From Octopus vulgaris (lineage: Eukaryota): a DNA stretch of 64,000 nucleotides. A model generated the notes under the pieces. That model saw only the letters and a program-made list of their open reading frames with translations, did not search any database and was not told the DNA's origin. Both the position numbers and the translations under genes were made by a program. Shown here one piece after another: positions 13,742-27,022 of this stretch (positions are counted from its first letter, which is position 1; every line of letters begins with the position of its first letter). The stretch is taken from NCBI GenBank assembly GCA_951406725.2, contig OX597817.1, positions 41,602,001-41,666,000 of the forward strand, in the 5' to 3' direction.

Positions 13742-14153
13742 TGTAGGTGTGGCTGAGTGGTTAAGTAGTTAACTTCCCAACCACAACAAGGTTCAGTTTC
13801 ACAGCACAGCACCTTAGACAAATGTCTTGAAATAGAGGCCTGACCCAACCAACGCCAGAGGGGGGATTTGGTAAATGAAACCTAAAAGAAGCTCATCATG
13901 TGTCCCCTCCTTAACCTGACAGTATGCAAGGGCTGTAAGCAAGTGTTACTGTCATTCGAGCAATATCATTCATCTCCAGTCTGTCATGAAAACATGTCTG
14001 GCAAAGGGGAAATATTACCTTACTTGGAAACAAGTGAGGGTTGGCAACACGAAGGGCATCTAGTCACAGAAAATCTGCCTCAGCAAATTCATCCAACACA
14101 TGCAAGCATGGAAAACTGGATGTTACAAAGATGATGATGTTGGTGATGATGAT
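13742..14153 (+). mobile_element. Chimeric SINE: family A head with (GAT)n-ending family F tail
   Basis: 5' gtggctgagtggttaagtag..caccttagacaaatgtctt..ggatttggtaa; 3' catgcaagcatggaaaactggatgttacaaagatgatgat. Confidence 0.75.
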
Positions 14154-15366
14154 GGCAGACAAAGGTCAAATGTGTTTTCCAGTTATGAACTTGAAATAAT
14201 CAGCCAAATATTTCTAATTAGAAAAGTTCAGATACAGCAAAATAAAACCAGGAAAGAGTTGTAATTGTTGACATAAATACTTAAGTGTCACCTTTATTTG
14301 AAATTTGATATCAATGGAAACAAAACAAAGAAGGATAACAATGATGAAATGTTTATCATTCTACATCAACCTGATCAAGCAGACCTGTAATTAAAGGCAT
14401 TCCGTTTGTGACCATGCCAGTTTTTAGGACTGTTTGGTTAAAGCATTATTTCCATTTTGTTTTTTAGCAATGAGATGTTATGTATAGGATATGTTGGTTG
14501 TTATTTCTAGCATGATGAGCCAATACATAGAAGCTCTCTCACTAGCTTAAAAAAAAAAAACAAAGAAACAAAAAAAACTATAAATTCAGTTACAACAGAT
14601 AGCACCAACTGCAATGGAATTTCCACTAACACAGAACATCTAAATCTAAAATTCATATCTAAAAATGTGTGGATTATTTTCACTGCTTTCTGAAAGATGG
14701 ACAATATCCATAGCATCTTTTTTAAAGTGTTCCTAGACCAAAGTATATGGATAACTAAGTGGGATTAGTAAGCTTTATGCGCAAGTCAGTCAAGAAAGTG
14801 GTTGGATTTGAAACAAATGGGAGGGAATTTTCAGAGAAATGCATCAGGGAAAAATTTCAAAAATGAGTGAAAGATGAGTGTAAAGAGAAGGTTTAAGTTC
14901 TTAGGGGTAGTTTAGTTTAGCAGTGCTAAAAGGAAATGTGTCTGTGTATAGTGTTAAAACAAAAGGTAAGTGTGCATGGACATTTGCACGCATGTGTCAT
15001 TGCCAATGTATGAAGTATTGTCTCGTGTAAAACTTGTATTTGTTTCTTTGCATTATTGTTTATGTTCTAGCACCTAAATGGTGTCTATATGCCAGATTTA
15101 AAACCTGCCAATCAGGTCTTAAAATACCATTACTGAAAGAGCATTTGAATACAGCTTTAGCAAGGACCAGTTCATCTTTAAGTGATGGCATGCATTATTT
15201 ATATCATTTATATTGTTAATCTGAAACATTTATAACTACCACATGATGGTATAATGCAGTGTTAAGTGAAATGAGTAAATATTTTCTTTTTTATTTCAAC
15301 CAAAAATGAAAGGCCAAGGAGTGCGATATGAAAACTTCATCCAATAAACTCAATAGTGTTGCAATG

Positions 15367-15583
15367 TACCCCTTTAATGTTTAAACTAGCCAGCTCTTAA
15401 TAAATATTCTACCAGTTTTAAATTCAAACCAGACAGACCTCGCCTCTCACACCTACCCTATAAATGTCATTGTAAAAATCAACATCAAAATTTTGAAACT
15501 ATATGATAATACAAGATTAATTCAAAATAATATGAATAAATAAGCATTATATTTGATAGAGTAATCTAAATAGTAAAGGTTTA
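15367..15583. mobile_element. piggyBac-like MITE, diverged copy related to 3177-3372
   Basis: Reverse-complement similarity, e.g. ttcaaaataatatgaataaata vs tatttattcacattgttttgaa. Confidence 0.55.
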
Positions 15584-15889
15584 TAGCAGAGTTTTGTGTA
15601 TAAATTACCAGGACTAGGTGCTAAGCTGTATAGATTAATAAAAATAACAAATATCAAAATTAAAAACAACAAAAAACCCAGTGAAATGAGATCTGTTGCA
15701 CTGATCTTTCTGAATAAGAGAAAAACTTGAAAGTTGACTTTTATTCATGCTATTGATAATAACACAGAGCAAACACAATGGTATTAGTTGCTAGAAAAAC
15801 TCCTATAGTCATATTTTAATAATTAGCATTCTCTATGCAGACAAACACCAAGACGTCTCTCACTTGTTCTGTACCAAAATGATTATTGT

Positions 15890-16400
15890 TTCATAGAGTG
15901 TCAGAACTCTGCTTGATATGAAGGACAACAACAGACCACTTGTGACTCGCAAACTAGCAAAGTTGTATTTAGATATTGCTGCTTTATGTGAAACCAAGAC
16001 TTGTAGGAGAAAGCATCATTGAAAAATCTAATTCAAGTTACAGAACCATTCTTTTGGTGGGTTGAGGAATGCTGCATTCAAAGATTAGTTTTGCTGCAAA
16101 AACAAAACTAATGAAGAATCATTACTTCATGCTAATTGCTATCAATGAGAAGCTCATGTCTCTGTAGACAATTCTATGGAGACAGTTCCTAGATGCCAGT
16201 GGAAGCCTTTAAACTAATTCTATCATCAACTGAACACCACCATCTCCAAGGTACAAATAAGCTTGCTTTACTTGGAGACTTCAATCCTAGAATCAGGAAA
16301 AACAACCAGTTAGGAGAAAATATGATGGAAAAATAACAAAATGGAAATTTCAATATAAATGGACGGCAGCTTGAATTGAGTGCAGAGCATCAAATTCTCT
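15890..16400 (+). mobile_element. Decayed RTE (BovB-like) APE endonuclease region
   Basis: VRTLLDMKDNNRPLVTRKLAKLYLDIAALCET and LLGDFNPRI match NVRTLLD..ELARYNIDIAALSET and LGDFNARV. Confidence 0.8.
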
Positions 16401-18304
16401 TGACTGCTGCAGAACTATTGCAGATATGAAGTGAATGAATGAGAATACAAAGAAATTTGTCAATCTCAACCAGATTTATTTTTGTCTATCAAGCATAGTT
16501 TGTGTGGAGGCATGTCTCATGAAAGATCAATCATCTAAGAAATACCAGGGCAACAAATAAGAAATCAAAAGATGAACTAGGCATTTCATTCAGGAATGAG
16601 CACAAGCTATCACCATTAACAACAGATAAATAGGAAGTCAAATAACTGGCAGTGGTTGAATATACTTAATTCTTACTGGATCAACATTTCCTAACAACAA
16701 ATAGCTATCGTGGAACAATATACTTTACAGCAACAAACAAGATCACTGTGTAATTGGCAGTGTTTTTGTTAATGCACAGAATAGATTTCAAATATTCCAA
16801 TGAGCTTGTAGCAAACACAAGTAAATGATTCTAGGGTACCCCTCTATAAATCCCTTTCAATGTAGTCACCAGGATTCAATAGGTTATTATTGCTATCAAA
16901 ATATATTAAAAAAAAAACAACTGTAATTATATTGACAAAAAAAAAAGACAGTTTCCTCAACCCCACTAGAAAAATTTATTTAATCAGTGTTATTGATTAA
17001 AACTCTATTAAATTTAAAAAATAGAAATAAAACTTCCCCAAAATATTAGTGATGCAATAAGGAATCCATTCTGAATCTAAAAGACTTTAAAAGAACAATA
17101 TTCCTGCTTTGAAATAAAGGATTTCTGCTGCAATGTTGATTTTTTTTTTCTTTTTTTTTTTTTGTCATTCCTTTTCCCACCCTTATGAAAGCAGTTTCAA
17201 TCTAAAAATCAGGTTTCTATTCTGTGTTGCAAATACCTCCACTATAACGCTATGGAAATCAAGTTAAAAAATATTACAATTTCCTTTTGATCTTCTGACA
17301 CCATACCAAAAAATATCGAGAAGAAAAAAAATGTTTTGTTATTTTATTTTTTTTTTTTTTTCCCAGCAACAACCATTTTCAGTATCTTCATAATCCCATA
17401 GGACAAAACACTTCTGAAAGCTATGTTGTGCAAAGTTTGGATAATATTTCTACCTAAGCCTCAGCACATAAATTGTAAAGTCAATACCACTCATCAGGCT
17501 TTATTACCATAAGGAGAAAGGAGACTGGAAGAGCTTCATCTCCCATTCTAAATCTTATCAGATAGAATACATTAATGGCAAATAAAACTGCTATAATCCC
17601 TTGAAGCATATCAGAATATAAAATTAGGAGGAATTATTATCAAATTGACATTTTCCTTTTTAGGTACTACAAAAAAAATAGTAATGATAAGAATAATAAG
17701 AGAAAGAGAGGGAGATGCAAGAGCTTTATCTGATAACACAATTGTTCCTGATAATTCTTCAAATTCTATGTTTAATAGTGATTCAGTCAACAAGGAAACA
17801 CTAGAACTGAGAGATTTAGCATGATTTCGAAGGAAGTCTGTTAAAAAATTGAATCTCTTTGATTCAGTTAAGTCCATCACTCTGTTCGAAAACATGTACA
17901 CACAAGATTATTGAGCTAAAAAAAATAGAACAGAACAGTGAATCAGCATTATTTCTTCAGCCGTATTTCAAATCTTATTTTGCGCAGCTATCTACAGTGT
18001 CAGCTAGGTGAAAAAAATGTCAAACAATCTGAATGGACGGAGCCTTCTGAAGAAAAAGATGAGCAAAGCACTAGTGAGGACTGATCACAAAATACTGGAA
18101 TTCATGAAACAAATGATGAAACACCACAACAAATGACAAGATGTTGTGCTATCCAACTAATCCATAACAGTATAGAAAAATATAAAAAAAAGAGACTTAA
18201 AATGAGATTTCCTCAACATGAAATCTAAGGTAGTCTCCTACTGTTGTCGCAGACAAGCATTACTCCCAAAATATTAAAAATACCTAACAATAATAACAAC
18301 TAGC

Positions 18305-18692
18305 TTTTTCCAATCATAGTTGGATGTAGAGGGTTCGTTGGACACAGTGTGAGATGACTGTTGTTATCGTTAGGCCTAACTCATCGTAAAGTCAATACGA
18401 CCATGACCGATATCCAAACTACAGTGGAGAAGGCTAGCCACTGGATTTGGTTAAAAAGAGACGATGAGCGATGGCTAAAAGAATATTGAGCTTTATTTGA
18501 TAACCAGTTGATCTAGCAAGCGGGGCCTCATATCAGTGAGGGGGGTGGCGGTGCGCATTGATGCCATTGAGAGATAGGTCCCGAAACGGCACACATTTTC
18601 TCCTGATGACCCCATACACTTGCTGGCTTCTGGTATGCAGAGGTTTTGACTGGTAGCACTTGCATGTGCAAGTTGTTTGCAAAACATCTAGT
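18305..18692 (+). mobile_element. 5'-truncated HERO-type (RLE) non-LTR retrotransposon, 3' end
   Basis: 18307-18489 reads FPIIVGCRGFVGHSVR*LLLSLGLTHRKVNTTMTDIQTTVEKASHWIWLKRDDERWLKEY*, matching the P.EVGCRGF...AEKAS.W.WLKR C-terminus of HERO-clade elements; followed by a GC-richer 3' UTR. Confidence 0.8.
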
Positions 18693-19122
18693 AAAATACA
18701 AAAAGAGACTTAAAATGAGATTTCCTCAACATTAAATCTAAGATAGTCTCCTACTGTTGTCACAGACAAGCATTTCTCCCAACATATTAAAAAGACCTAA
18801 CAATAATAACAACTAGCAGAGACACACTAGCTGTTTACATTAATTTTCATCACATGACTTAGCTTGTCCAGTGGAAACCAAGTTTAATAACACCCAATAT
18901 ACTTCGAAATCAAACAAAAAATAGCTTGAATGTGTTTAATGCAGAGAACTGGAAACAAAGGGAGCTGTATGAACAAGCCTTTTCTTTACAAAGATTGCAG
19001 AATGTGAAGAAGCCCAGATATGCTTTTGCAGTAGATAGCAAGCAAAAAATACCCTCAGTGAATGCAAAGGAAATATTAACTCACTCACACAAATATACAT
19101 GGGTACGTGTGCATGGACACGG

Positions 19123-19138
19123 ACAGACACACACACAT

Positions 19139-19205
<67 letters not shown>

Positions 19206-19212
19206 TATATAT
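19123..19212. repeat. (CA)n/(TA)n microsatellite
   Basis: Directly visible. Confidence 0.95.
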
Positions 19213-19570
19213 TGGCCACATTCGGATAGTGCTTTTTATGTGCTACCAGCACAGGAGCCAGTCAGAGCAGGGGAGCTGGCATCGACCACACTTAAATAGC
19301 ATGGGGAGCCAGTCAAGCAGCACTGGCAATGATCCACTCATGCATGATGCTTATTGCATGCCACCAGAATGGGAGCCAGTCAGGCCGCACTGGCATCAGC
19401 CACAACTACAATTTCTATTTGATTTGATTTTGATTTTACTTGACTCAATAGGCCTCCTCAAGCACGGAATGTCACCCGATGATTCAAAAGCACTTTTTAA
19501 ATGGGCTGGTTATGCAACACTGGTGTAGGCTACGGCTGTGATCTTACTTTACGTGCTGGGTTTTCAGAAG
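19213..19570 (-). mobile_element. Family F repeat fragment with internal tandem units
   Basis: Recurring gtgctttttatgtgc.acc / ggagccagtca units shared with 28030-28365 and 58452-58700. Confidence 0.7.
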
Positions 19571-19586
19571 GTCTTCTTCCAGTTTC

Positions 19587-19817
19587 TTATTTCTTTATTG
19601 TCCACAAGGGGCTAAACATAGAGGGGACAAACAAGGACAAACAAAAGGATTAAGTCGATTAGATCAACCCCAGTGCGTAACTGGTACTTAATTTATCGAC
19701 CCCGAAAGAATGAAAAGCAAAGTTGACCTCAGTGGAATTTGAACTCAGAACTTCACGGCAGGTGAAATACCGCTAAGCACTTTGCCCAGCCTGCTAACAT
19801 ATCTGCCAGCTCGCCAC
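19587..19817 (-). mobile_element. SINE family B, full copy, nested in a family A remnant
   Basis: Reverse complement of the family B head and body; flanked by cttcttccagtttct / cttctttcagtttct; family A head continues to ~19960. Confidence 0.9.
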
Positions 19818-21049
19818 CTTCTTTCAGTTTCTATCAACTACAATCACTCACAAGGCTTTAGTCAATCTAATGTTGTAGTAGGAAACACCCAAAATGTCAC
19901 ACAATGAGACTGAACCCAAAAGCAAGAGACTGGCAAACAAACTTCTTAACCGCAGAGCCATGTACCCAATTGTGATTGATCTTCCTTACAACAGGTGTGT
20001 GTAAATTCTGATTTTTAAGGAAGGGCTTCACTGTTAAATTATTCATTAACATTAAGAAAACCTTTTACCTAGATATACAATGCAGGCAATTGTGTTTTGT
20101 GAAAAAGTTACTTCAGCTTATCTTCAGAACATAGGTAAGGTTAATGCTGATGGTGAGCAAGATATCCACCGAAAGGTCTCGAGATAAGTTTTCTAACAAA
20201 AACTTTTTCACTGACAGTGTCAACAAACTAACTCTGTGATAATATCATAAAATCTGGTGCCACTAGGGAGAGATTTATGGGTGTTAAAAGTGAGTCTAAT
20301 TTTATTATTGTGAACATTTCCATTGAGAAAACTGAGGTCATGCTGCTATGCAATACAAGATTGCTATGTCAATGACTGAAAGAATGGAAGCTGAATAATG
20401 TAGTGTTTAACATAAGGCTGTCTTCAGGAAGTAGAAAGCACAGTTGGAAAATATTTTGTTAAGCCCCATAGGTTACCAACTGAGGTGTGAGGTGCGTAGG
20501 CTGGAAGGCAAAGTAAATTATAATCTATTAAGTAAATCAAAGCTAAATTTTATTAATATACAATTATGTGTAAGTAAATAACCAAATTGTATACATAATT
20601 TAATAAGAACATAGTCTAAATATATTATTAATAAACTCATGTGAAGAGATATTTACTCATTAGATGCAATATTTATGACTACTAATTTTCAGATCATTCA
20701 AGTACAGTTCAATAGAATATATCTATATTATTTTGTGTAAGAAAGTAAACAAAAAAGTGTCAGTGGTTTCATGAAGGAGGGTAAAGAATGTGTCTAATGT
20801 GGTGTGGGGATGCATTCAAGCAAAATATGAATTCCACAAACCACATTGCAGCGTACCCATCTGGGAAAGCAGAAATGATACAGGGTTGAGGTTACTAATG
20901 TGGCCTTCCCAAGGCAAGCCCTCTAGTGCTTGTGTTATGCTAAAATACACTCTGTAAAGAGGTTGGAGACACAAGAAGCATCCTGCCACAGGAAACAACA
21001 AAATGGAATGTATGAGACATGATGTAGACTCCACAAGTACTTTTCTGGT

Positions 21050-22299
21050 AAGTTAATCTTAGTCCTTAAAGAAATTCTTCCATTATGGGTTCTTTTGTGT
21101 CCCCAGAATGTTTCTTGTGACAATTTGGTTTGGTGCCTCTTCCAAAAGCCTCTGTCCATTCTGACAGAAACAATTTCCTTTCATATATTGACATTCTCAG
21201 AAATCAACTTTTAGCCTTTTGTCATAGTTCCTGGTATATATCAATATTCAGATTTCCAACTTCAAACGTTAGATATCGCTGAGAAGAGTTTTCTGCATCA
21301 GCTTTATTATATGGGTGCAACAATAAAACAACTCTTTACAGCCACCGAATATCTCTGGTGATGATTTGTAATTCTGCCATAAATTCAATATTGATTTATA
21401 GGCTATGAGAAAAAGGTTTATTGCTTCAACAGCTTCATACTGTCTACCAAATTCCTCTCCATATCTTGTTTTATGTTTGAACAACAAATTGTTCTGCATG
21501 ACCACTGACCTGTTGATGAAACATGACCGTTGTCACTTAATTCCAGTACAGAAGCTGTAAAATTTCTTGCCAATGAATGAAAATATATTGCATGTCACCA
21601 TGGTGTCTGACAGACCATTTATTACAAAGTTTTTAGAGTACTGGGTATATCTAACTACACCATCAGTGTCAGAGTCATCCTTGCAATGAAGAGACATTGT
21701 GAATGTTCATGTATGATGGTCTAATGAAATATGAAGGTTTTGCTAAATTTTTTAGCTTTCTGACAGTTAGTATACATGGTCCACATTTTCTTTTATCTGT
21801 GATTTTTGACCTGATATTTAGCCAACAAATATATCTTCTGTTTATTTGCATCCTCTTTTTACTCACCCAGTGGCTTTGATACAACAGCTTGAACATTTTC
21901 ATTTATTGGAACCAAAACGCTGTGAAACCTCTCTTGCTTCACCATTTATTACACCCTTTCATGAGTGAACACTGGTTCATCCAATACGCCTTTACTTCTT
22001 GCTGATCCTTTGCCATGTTCTTGGGCCATTGATTAAGAGTGAATTCTGCCTGCTTGGTTAAAAATGGTTCTTTAGAAGTAATCTTGGCAGTTCCTTCTAA
22101 ATTTCAGAAGGGAGTGCAGCAGAGTTCTACCTGATCTATCACAATTGCTTATTGTAATTCCTAATTCAATTTGAATTCCAAGGTATTCTGAGTCTCATTC
22201 ACTTGAATGCAATAAAGGGAAACTGCCAGGAGTGATTAGAGGGGATTTGTGCACTTGGTGGTTGTGTGTGCAAAAAAGGGAGGTAGAAAGAATAAAAAA

Positions 22300-22330
<31 letters not shown>

Positions 22331-22338
22331 TGTGTGTG

Positions 22339-22422
<84 letters not shown>

Positions 22423-22630
22423 ATGGGTGGCTTTATATGCAGGAATGCTACCTATGGAGTCATCTTGATGAACGATATTTCTGTTAATTAAGTAGATATT
22501 TTCTTGGCAAGAGACCAAAAGGCCTAGCTGCAATTTGAAGTCAAGGTGAGAAAGCATCCAGGCCTTATGGAATTATTGAAATTGTTCAATGCCTTTCAAA
22601 TCCTATAACTGCTGATGCAACAGACTTGAA
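21050..22630 (-). mobile_element. Decayed Gypsy LTR-retrotransposon pol (RNase H linker and integrase)
   Basis: Minus-strand fragments MLSHLDFKLQL (linker), KLLYQSHW..RRYICWLNI..KCGPC (integrase HHCC region), GLSDTMVT (GLPxxIVSDNG) and MDRGFWKRHQTKL (C-terminus) occur in the expected order; many stops. Confidence 0.7.
22300..22420. repeat. Compound (TG)n(TA)n(GA)n microsatellite within the Gypsy relic
   Basis: Directly visible. Confidence 0.95.
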
Positions 22631-23018
22631 CTACATAACTATGCATAAATACAAAATTATGTAGAAGTAAACAAATCTATTATGTACTTAATTTTATAAC
22701 ATATATGTTAAGTATAATTAACAAACTCATACTTATACATTATTAATAAGTCCATTAAGTAGCAAATTAATAACTTGACAACATTATTTCTTTGTCCCCC
22801 ACTTTTTTTTTAATTAAATGTCAGATCATTTAAATACAATTAAATTGAATATATTTGTACAATTTCAGATGAGAAAGTAAATGGAAAATATCAATGGCCA
22901 TACAAAAGGAGGCAATGCATGCAGTGTGGTGTGTGTGCACGAGTGCCCAGTGCTTGTATAAGAGTAAGGAATAAGCTTTGCAAGCCACATCATAATCTAC
23001 TCATCTAGGGAGGCAATA

Positions 23019-23346
23019 GAGGAGCACTCCGCCAATTGTGATGACGAGGTTCCCAGCTGATACAATCAACGGAACAGCTTGCTCATGAAATTAACGTGTA
23101 AGTGGCTGAGCAATCCACAAACATGTGTACCCTTAACGTAGTTCTCGAGGAGATTCACCGTGACACAGTGTGTGACAAGGCTGGCCCTTAGAAATACAGG
23201 TACTACTCATTTTCGCCAGCTGAGTGGACTGGAGCAACATGATAAAAAGTGTCTTGCTCAAGGGCACAACACACTGCTGGGAATTGAACTCACGACCTTA
23301 AAATCATGAGCCGAATGCCCCTAACCACTAAGCCATGCGCCTTCAC
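23019..23346 (-). mobile_element. SINE family C, full length, 12-bp TSD
   Basis: tRNA-like head gtgaaggcgcatggcttagtggttagg...gagttcaattccc (A and B boxes); TSD agggaggcaata 23007-23018 / agggaggtaata 23347-23358. Confidence 0.9.
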
Positions 23347-24644
23347 AGGGAGGTAATAACTCCAAATAAAAACCAATATAGAGTAGATGATACATATCAG
23401 TTCTTCTGCAGATAACTTCTCTCATTGTGCTTCCAGGCATAGAAAACATGCCAAAATGGAATATGATTACAGGATGTGGTCTCCACAAGTCATGTTAAAT
23501 AGGCTATACGTGAAGGAGGGCAGTAACTTTGAATAAGAACTGATACAAGGCAGATGTGACCCTTTTGTTCTCCCACAATAGCTGTTGTGCGAATGGCATA
23601 AAATGCACCTGGGTCACACTTTAAGACATGTTGAACTCCAATGTTGGCCCATTTTTATCTATTGCTGTATATGCAAGATAACACGAGCAACGATAACCCA
23701 TACAAGTATGGAAACAGAGATGTAAAATGATGATGTTATAAGATTGAACAGTGTTGAAGTGTTACTGGCGATAGAAATCAACTGAATGAAAATGAAAATC
23801 ACAAAGAACCCAAAGGACAGATCTGAGACGGCCCTAGAGTAGAGTTGGTATGTCAGTGATGGGATTGTGAATGGCGAGGCAAAGACTTTGACAGACTTAA
23901 TTGATTGACTGATTAACTGAACAATTAATCAAGCAATCAAACAGTTAATTGGTTAAATAGCCAACCAACTGACAAATAAATAATAAAGAAGAACCGGTGT
24001 ATGTGTTGTGATTGGCATAATGACCCCACCCAAGGTAAAATAAGAACTGAAATTGCTTTAGGGGACTCCATAATAGGCAAAATCTCTGCTACAATAGATT
24101 CAGTCTCTTAATCATTAACACATTAACTGCCATGGCTTGTTATTGGAACTTAGCAGTGATGCCACGTACTTCGCACAGTCACACCATCTACTGTTTAATT
24201 GCAAGGAAATGTAATTGTTTTGCATTTTTACACTATTTCATAATTAAAGTTTAATATTTAGCACTCGTGTCATTTAAATATCCTCGAAACCATATCAAAG
24301 ATAGAGAATAAAATATTTTCTCAAATCATGAAAACATACCACTGGTGGTGCATATGGCAGTTGTGTGAAGTTTGAAACGAACCACCAATGGAGACATATG
24401 GTGGTTAACATACTAATTACTCTTTAAACACTACAATTAAATAATGTTTTCCAAGAAGAGTGAGAGAGAGAAAGAGATAGATAGAAAGTCTGTGTTTGAG
24501 TATTTTCACTGAATAAACATGTAAATATAAAAGGTTCTAGATATTTCTAACCAGAGAATCGATAGATTTTGATGTGTTTTGTAACTTAATCTTTGGAGCA
24601 AAAGCTATCACACAAGGTGGTTATTGATGTTGTAGTTGCTGTTT

Positions 24645-25040
24645 GTTTGTTTGTTTGTATGTTTGTTGAGCAAAGCGGTTTTCGTCCCAGTGCTCGCAGT
24701 GGGAGAGATGTCCGAAACGTGGTCCTTTGCTATTCGTAAGACCCGCAGAAGAGAAAGCAGGTCAACCCCTGACACTGAAAGCATCGACAGATGGATGTAT
24801 GCGCATCCAGGCTCAGTGGTTGCATAGGAAGTCGGGGACAAGAAACAGGAAGAAAGAGTGAGAGAAAGTTGAGGCGAAAGAGTACAACAGGGGTTGCCAC
24901 CCCACCCCCCCTGCCGGAGCCTTGTGGAGCTTTAGGTGTTTTCGCTCAATGAACACACACAACGCCCGGTCTGGGAATCGAAACCGCGAACCTCCGACCG
25001 CGAGTCCACTGCCCTAACCACTGGGCCATTGCGCCTCCAC
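24645..25040 (-). mobile_element. SINE family E, young full-length copy, (CAAA)n tail, 14-bp TSD
   Basis: Head gtggaggcgcaatggcccagtggttagggcag...ggtttcgattccc; CpG-rich; TSD tgtagttgctgttt at 24631-24644 and 25041-25054. Confidence 0.92.
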
Positions 25041-25710
25041 TGTAGTTGCTGTTTAACCACAGGTCAAAAATCTTGATTGAGCAGAACTCTGATCAATGGC
25101 TTTCCATACATCACTTTCCCATCTTTCTTTCAGACAGAATATATCTTGTATTATATCATCCAAAGCACTCACATGCACACACACACTTATTGTTTAGACA
25201 GTAGGGCATGACTGACTTGCTATTTCAAGCAGGTCTAGCAAACAAGTAAAGATTTTCCTCACAAGCCTAGATCGCTTCATATTTTGGCATTCAGTGTGCA
25301 ATGATGGCATTTCCTATCCAATATGTTTGGGACCTCACCATTGTTAATATTGCATTACATTGCATTACACCATTCAAAAGCAATGTTACACCATTGGTTA
25401 GATTTAAATGATGTTTTTCATAGCAAGTAAAACCTGTATATTGTGTCAAACATTTGTATTTGGTAAGCATCAATTCTGCAATTTCATTTCCAACCTTAAC
25501 CCATTGTCATAAATAGTCTGTTCTTTTTTTCCTACATTCAATTATCTGTATTTTTCAATTAAGTTTGACCTTCAATAAAAATCTGAAAGAAAGCTTATGA
25601 CCTAACTTGATAATAAATAACTGTTAAAATCAGTTTATGAAACTATTATGATTATATAAGCACACACAAATGATGATATATATATATAAATACTAGTGTA
25701 TGTGTGTACC

Positions 25711-25762
<52 letters not shown>

Positions 25763-27022
25763 CATACATACATACACACACATGCATACAATAAATGAAA
25801 TGAAAGGAAATTATTACTTTCATTTCATGTGTTAACAAAAGAATTTATATCCAATAAATTTTATTGAATTTATAGATTTCTGTTTATATCATAATTGTCA
25901 CTGATGAACATTACAGTTTGAAGATTAGCAAAAATGGAAACAGATAAAGTTGCTTATTTCTTGAAGTTAATAATTTTCTGTGACAATAGATAAACAATCA
26001 ATACAGGAAATTCTCTTGGAAATGATAACAAATAATATATATATATATATATATTCTTATATATTTTTGATATATATATATACTTTCATATATCTTCATA
26101 GGAATATAAAAATACATATTCATTCTGCAGCTTCCACTAACTCAAACACTAATATGGGCTGCAAGAAATTGTTTTAAGAAATTGGGAATAAAATGTGACA
26201 TTTATGTTTAAAGCCTGAAATTGAACTTTGAATATAGTTTTTATGACAAAATCACACGTTTCCCAGTAGTAATCAGAAAGATTATGTCGGTGGTTATGTG
26301 ATGTTTCTTCAAGGAAGCATTTGCAGAAAGCTTGCTGCAATGCATATCCTGCACATTTACAATATCTGATTAAAGTGAAAAGCTTCGATCAGGTGTTTTA
26401 TTATAGGACACAGCCATCTTTCATCATCCGTTTCTAAAGACTTCAGAAAGAACTGGATAAATCAATAATAAATCTGATAGCAAGAAAAGAAGGAAAGCTA
26501 TTTGAAGAAATGTAGCCAAATGATGAAGTCTTTTCAGTAGACTTTATGGTAAAGTTAATGCATGATACTTACAGCTATATTTGCATAACAACAGACGATT
26601 CACTGTAAGAAGTTAGAGAAATAATGGTAAAAATTGAATTCATAAAAATACTTTTGTCGTCTTTCCAATCATCATATATTTTCCACAATCTTATTCAACT
26701 GTCCACAAGAGGCCGTCTGGTATTTATTCAAAGATTCTGCTCTCTAAAGCAAATCAGCTTCCTTTTATCCAAAACATAAACAAACCACTAACAAAGAAGC
26801 CACATATTAACTGACAACAAACTGCTTCCATTGAATCCAGAATTCACAATAAAAATATATATATGGAAGAAAAACAAAAATTCTTCCCACCTAATATCTA
26901 TTGCATCTAACAGATGCTACTGATTACAGAAATCATATCGCTGTACAGGTAACAAGTAAATAATAAGACTTCATTTAACATGTTTAAGTCTGTGGTAATT
27001 AGAATAAAGCTTGAAGTAAATA

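Noticed and set aside
17611-17901. Protein-like ORFs here and at 33527-33862
   Set aside because: No recognisable domain or coherent splice structure; possibly decayed transposon sequence
19213-19400. Regularly recurring short repeats (CRISPR-like look)
   Set aside because: Internal tandem units of a dispersed eukaryotic repeat; no unique spacers and no cas genes
18926-19528. 200-aa plus-strand ORF
   Set aside because: Runs through a microsatellite and a family F repeat; no protein-like content
24960-25040. tRNA-like sequence (also in other SINE heads)
   Set aside because: Continues into a SINE body with tail and TSD; not a standalone tRNA gene
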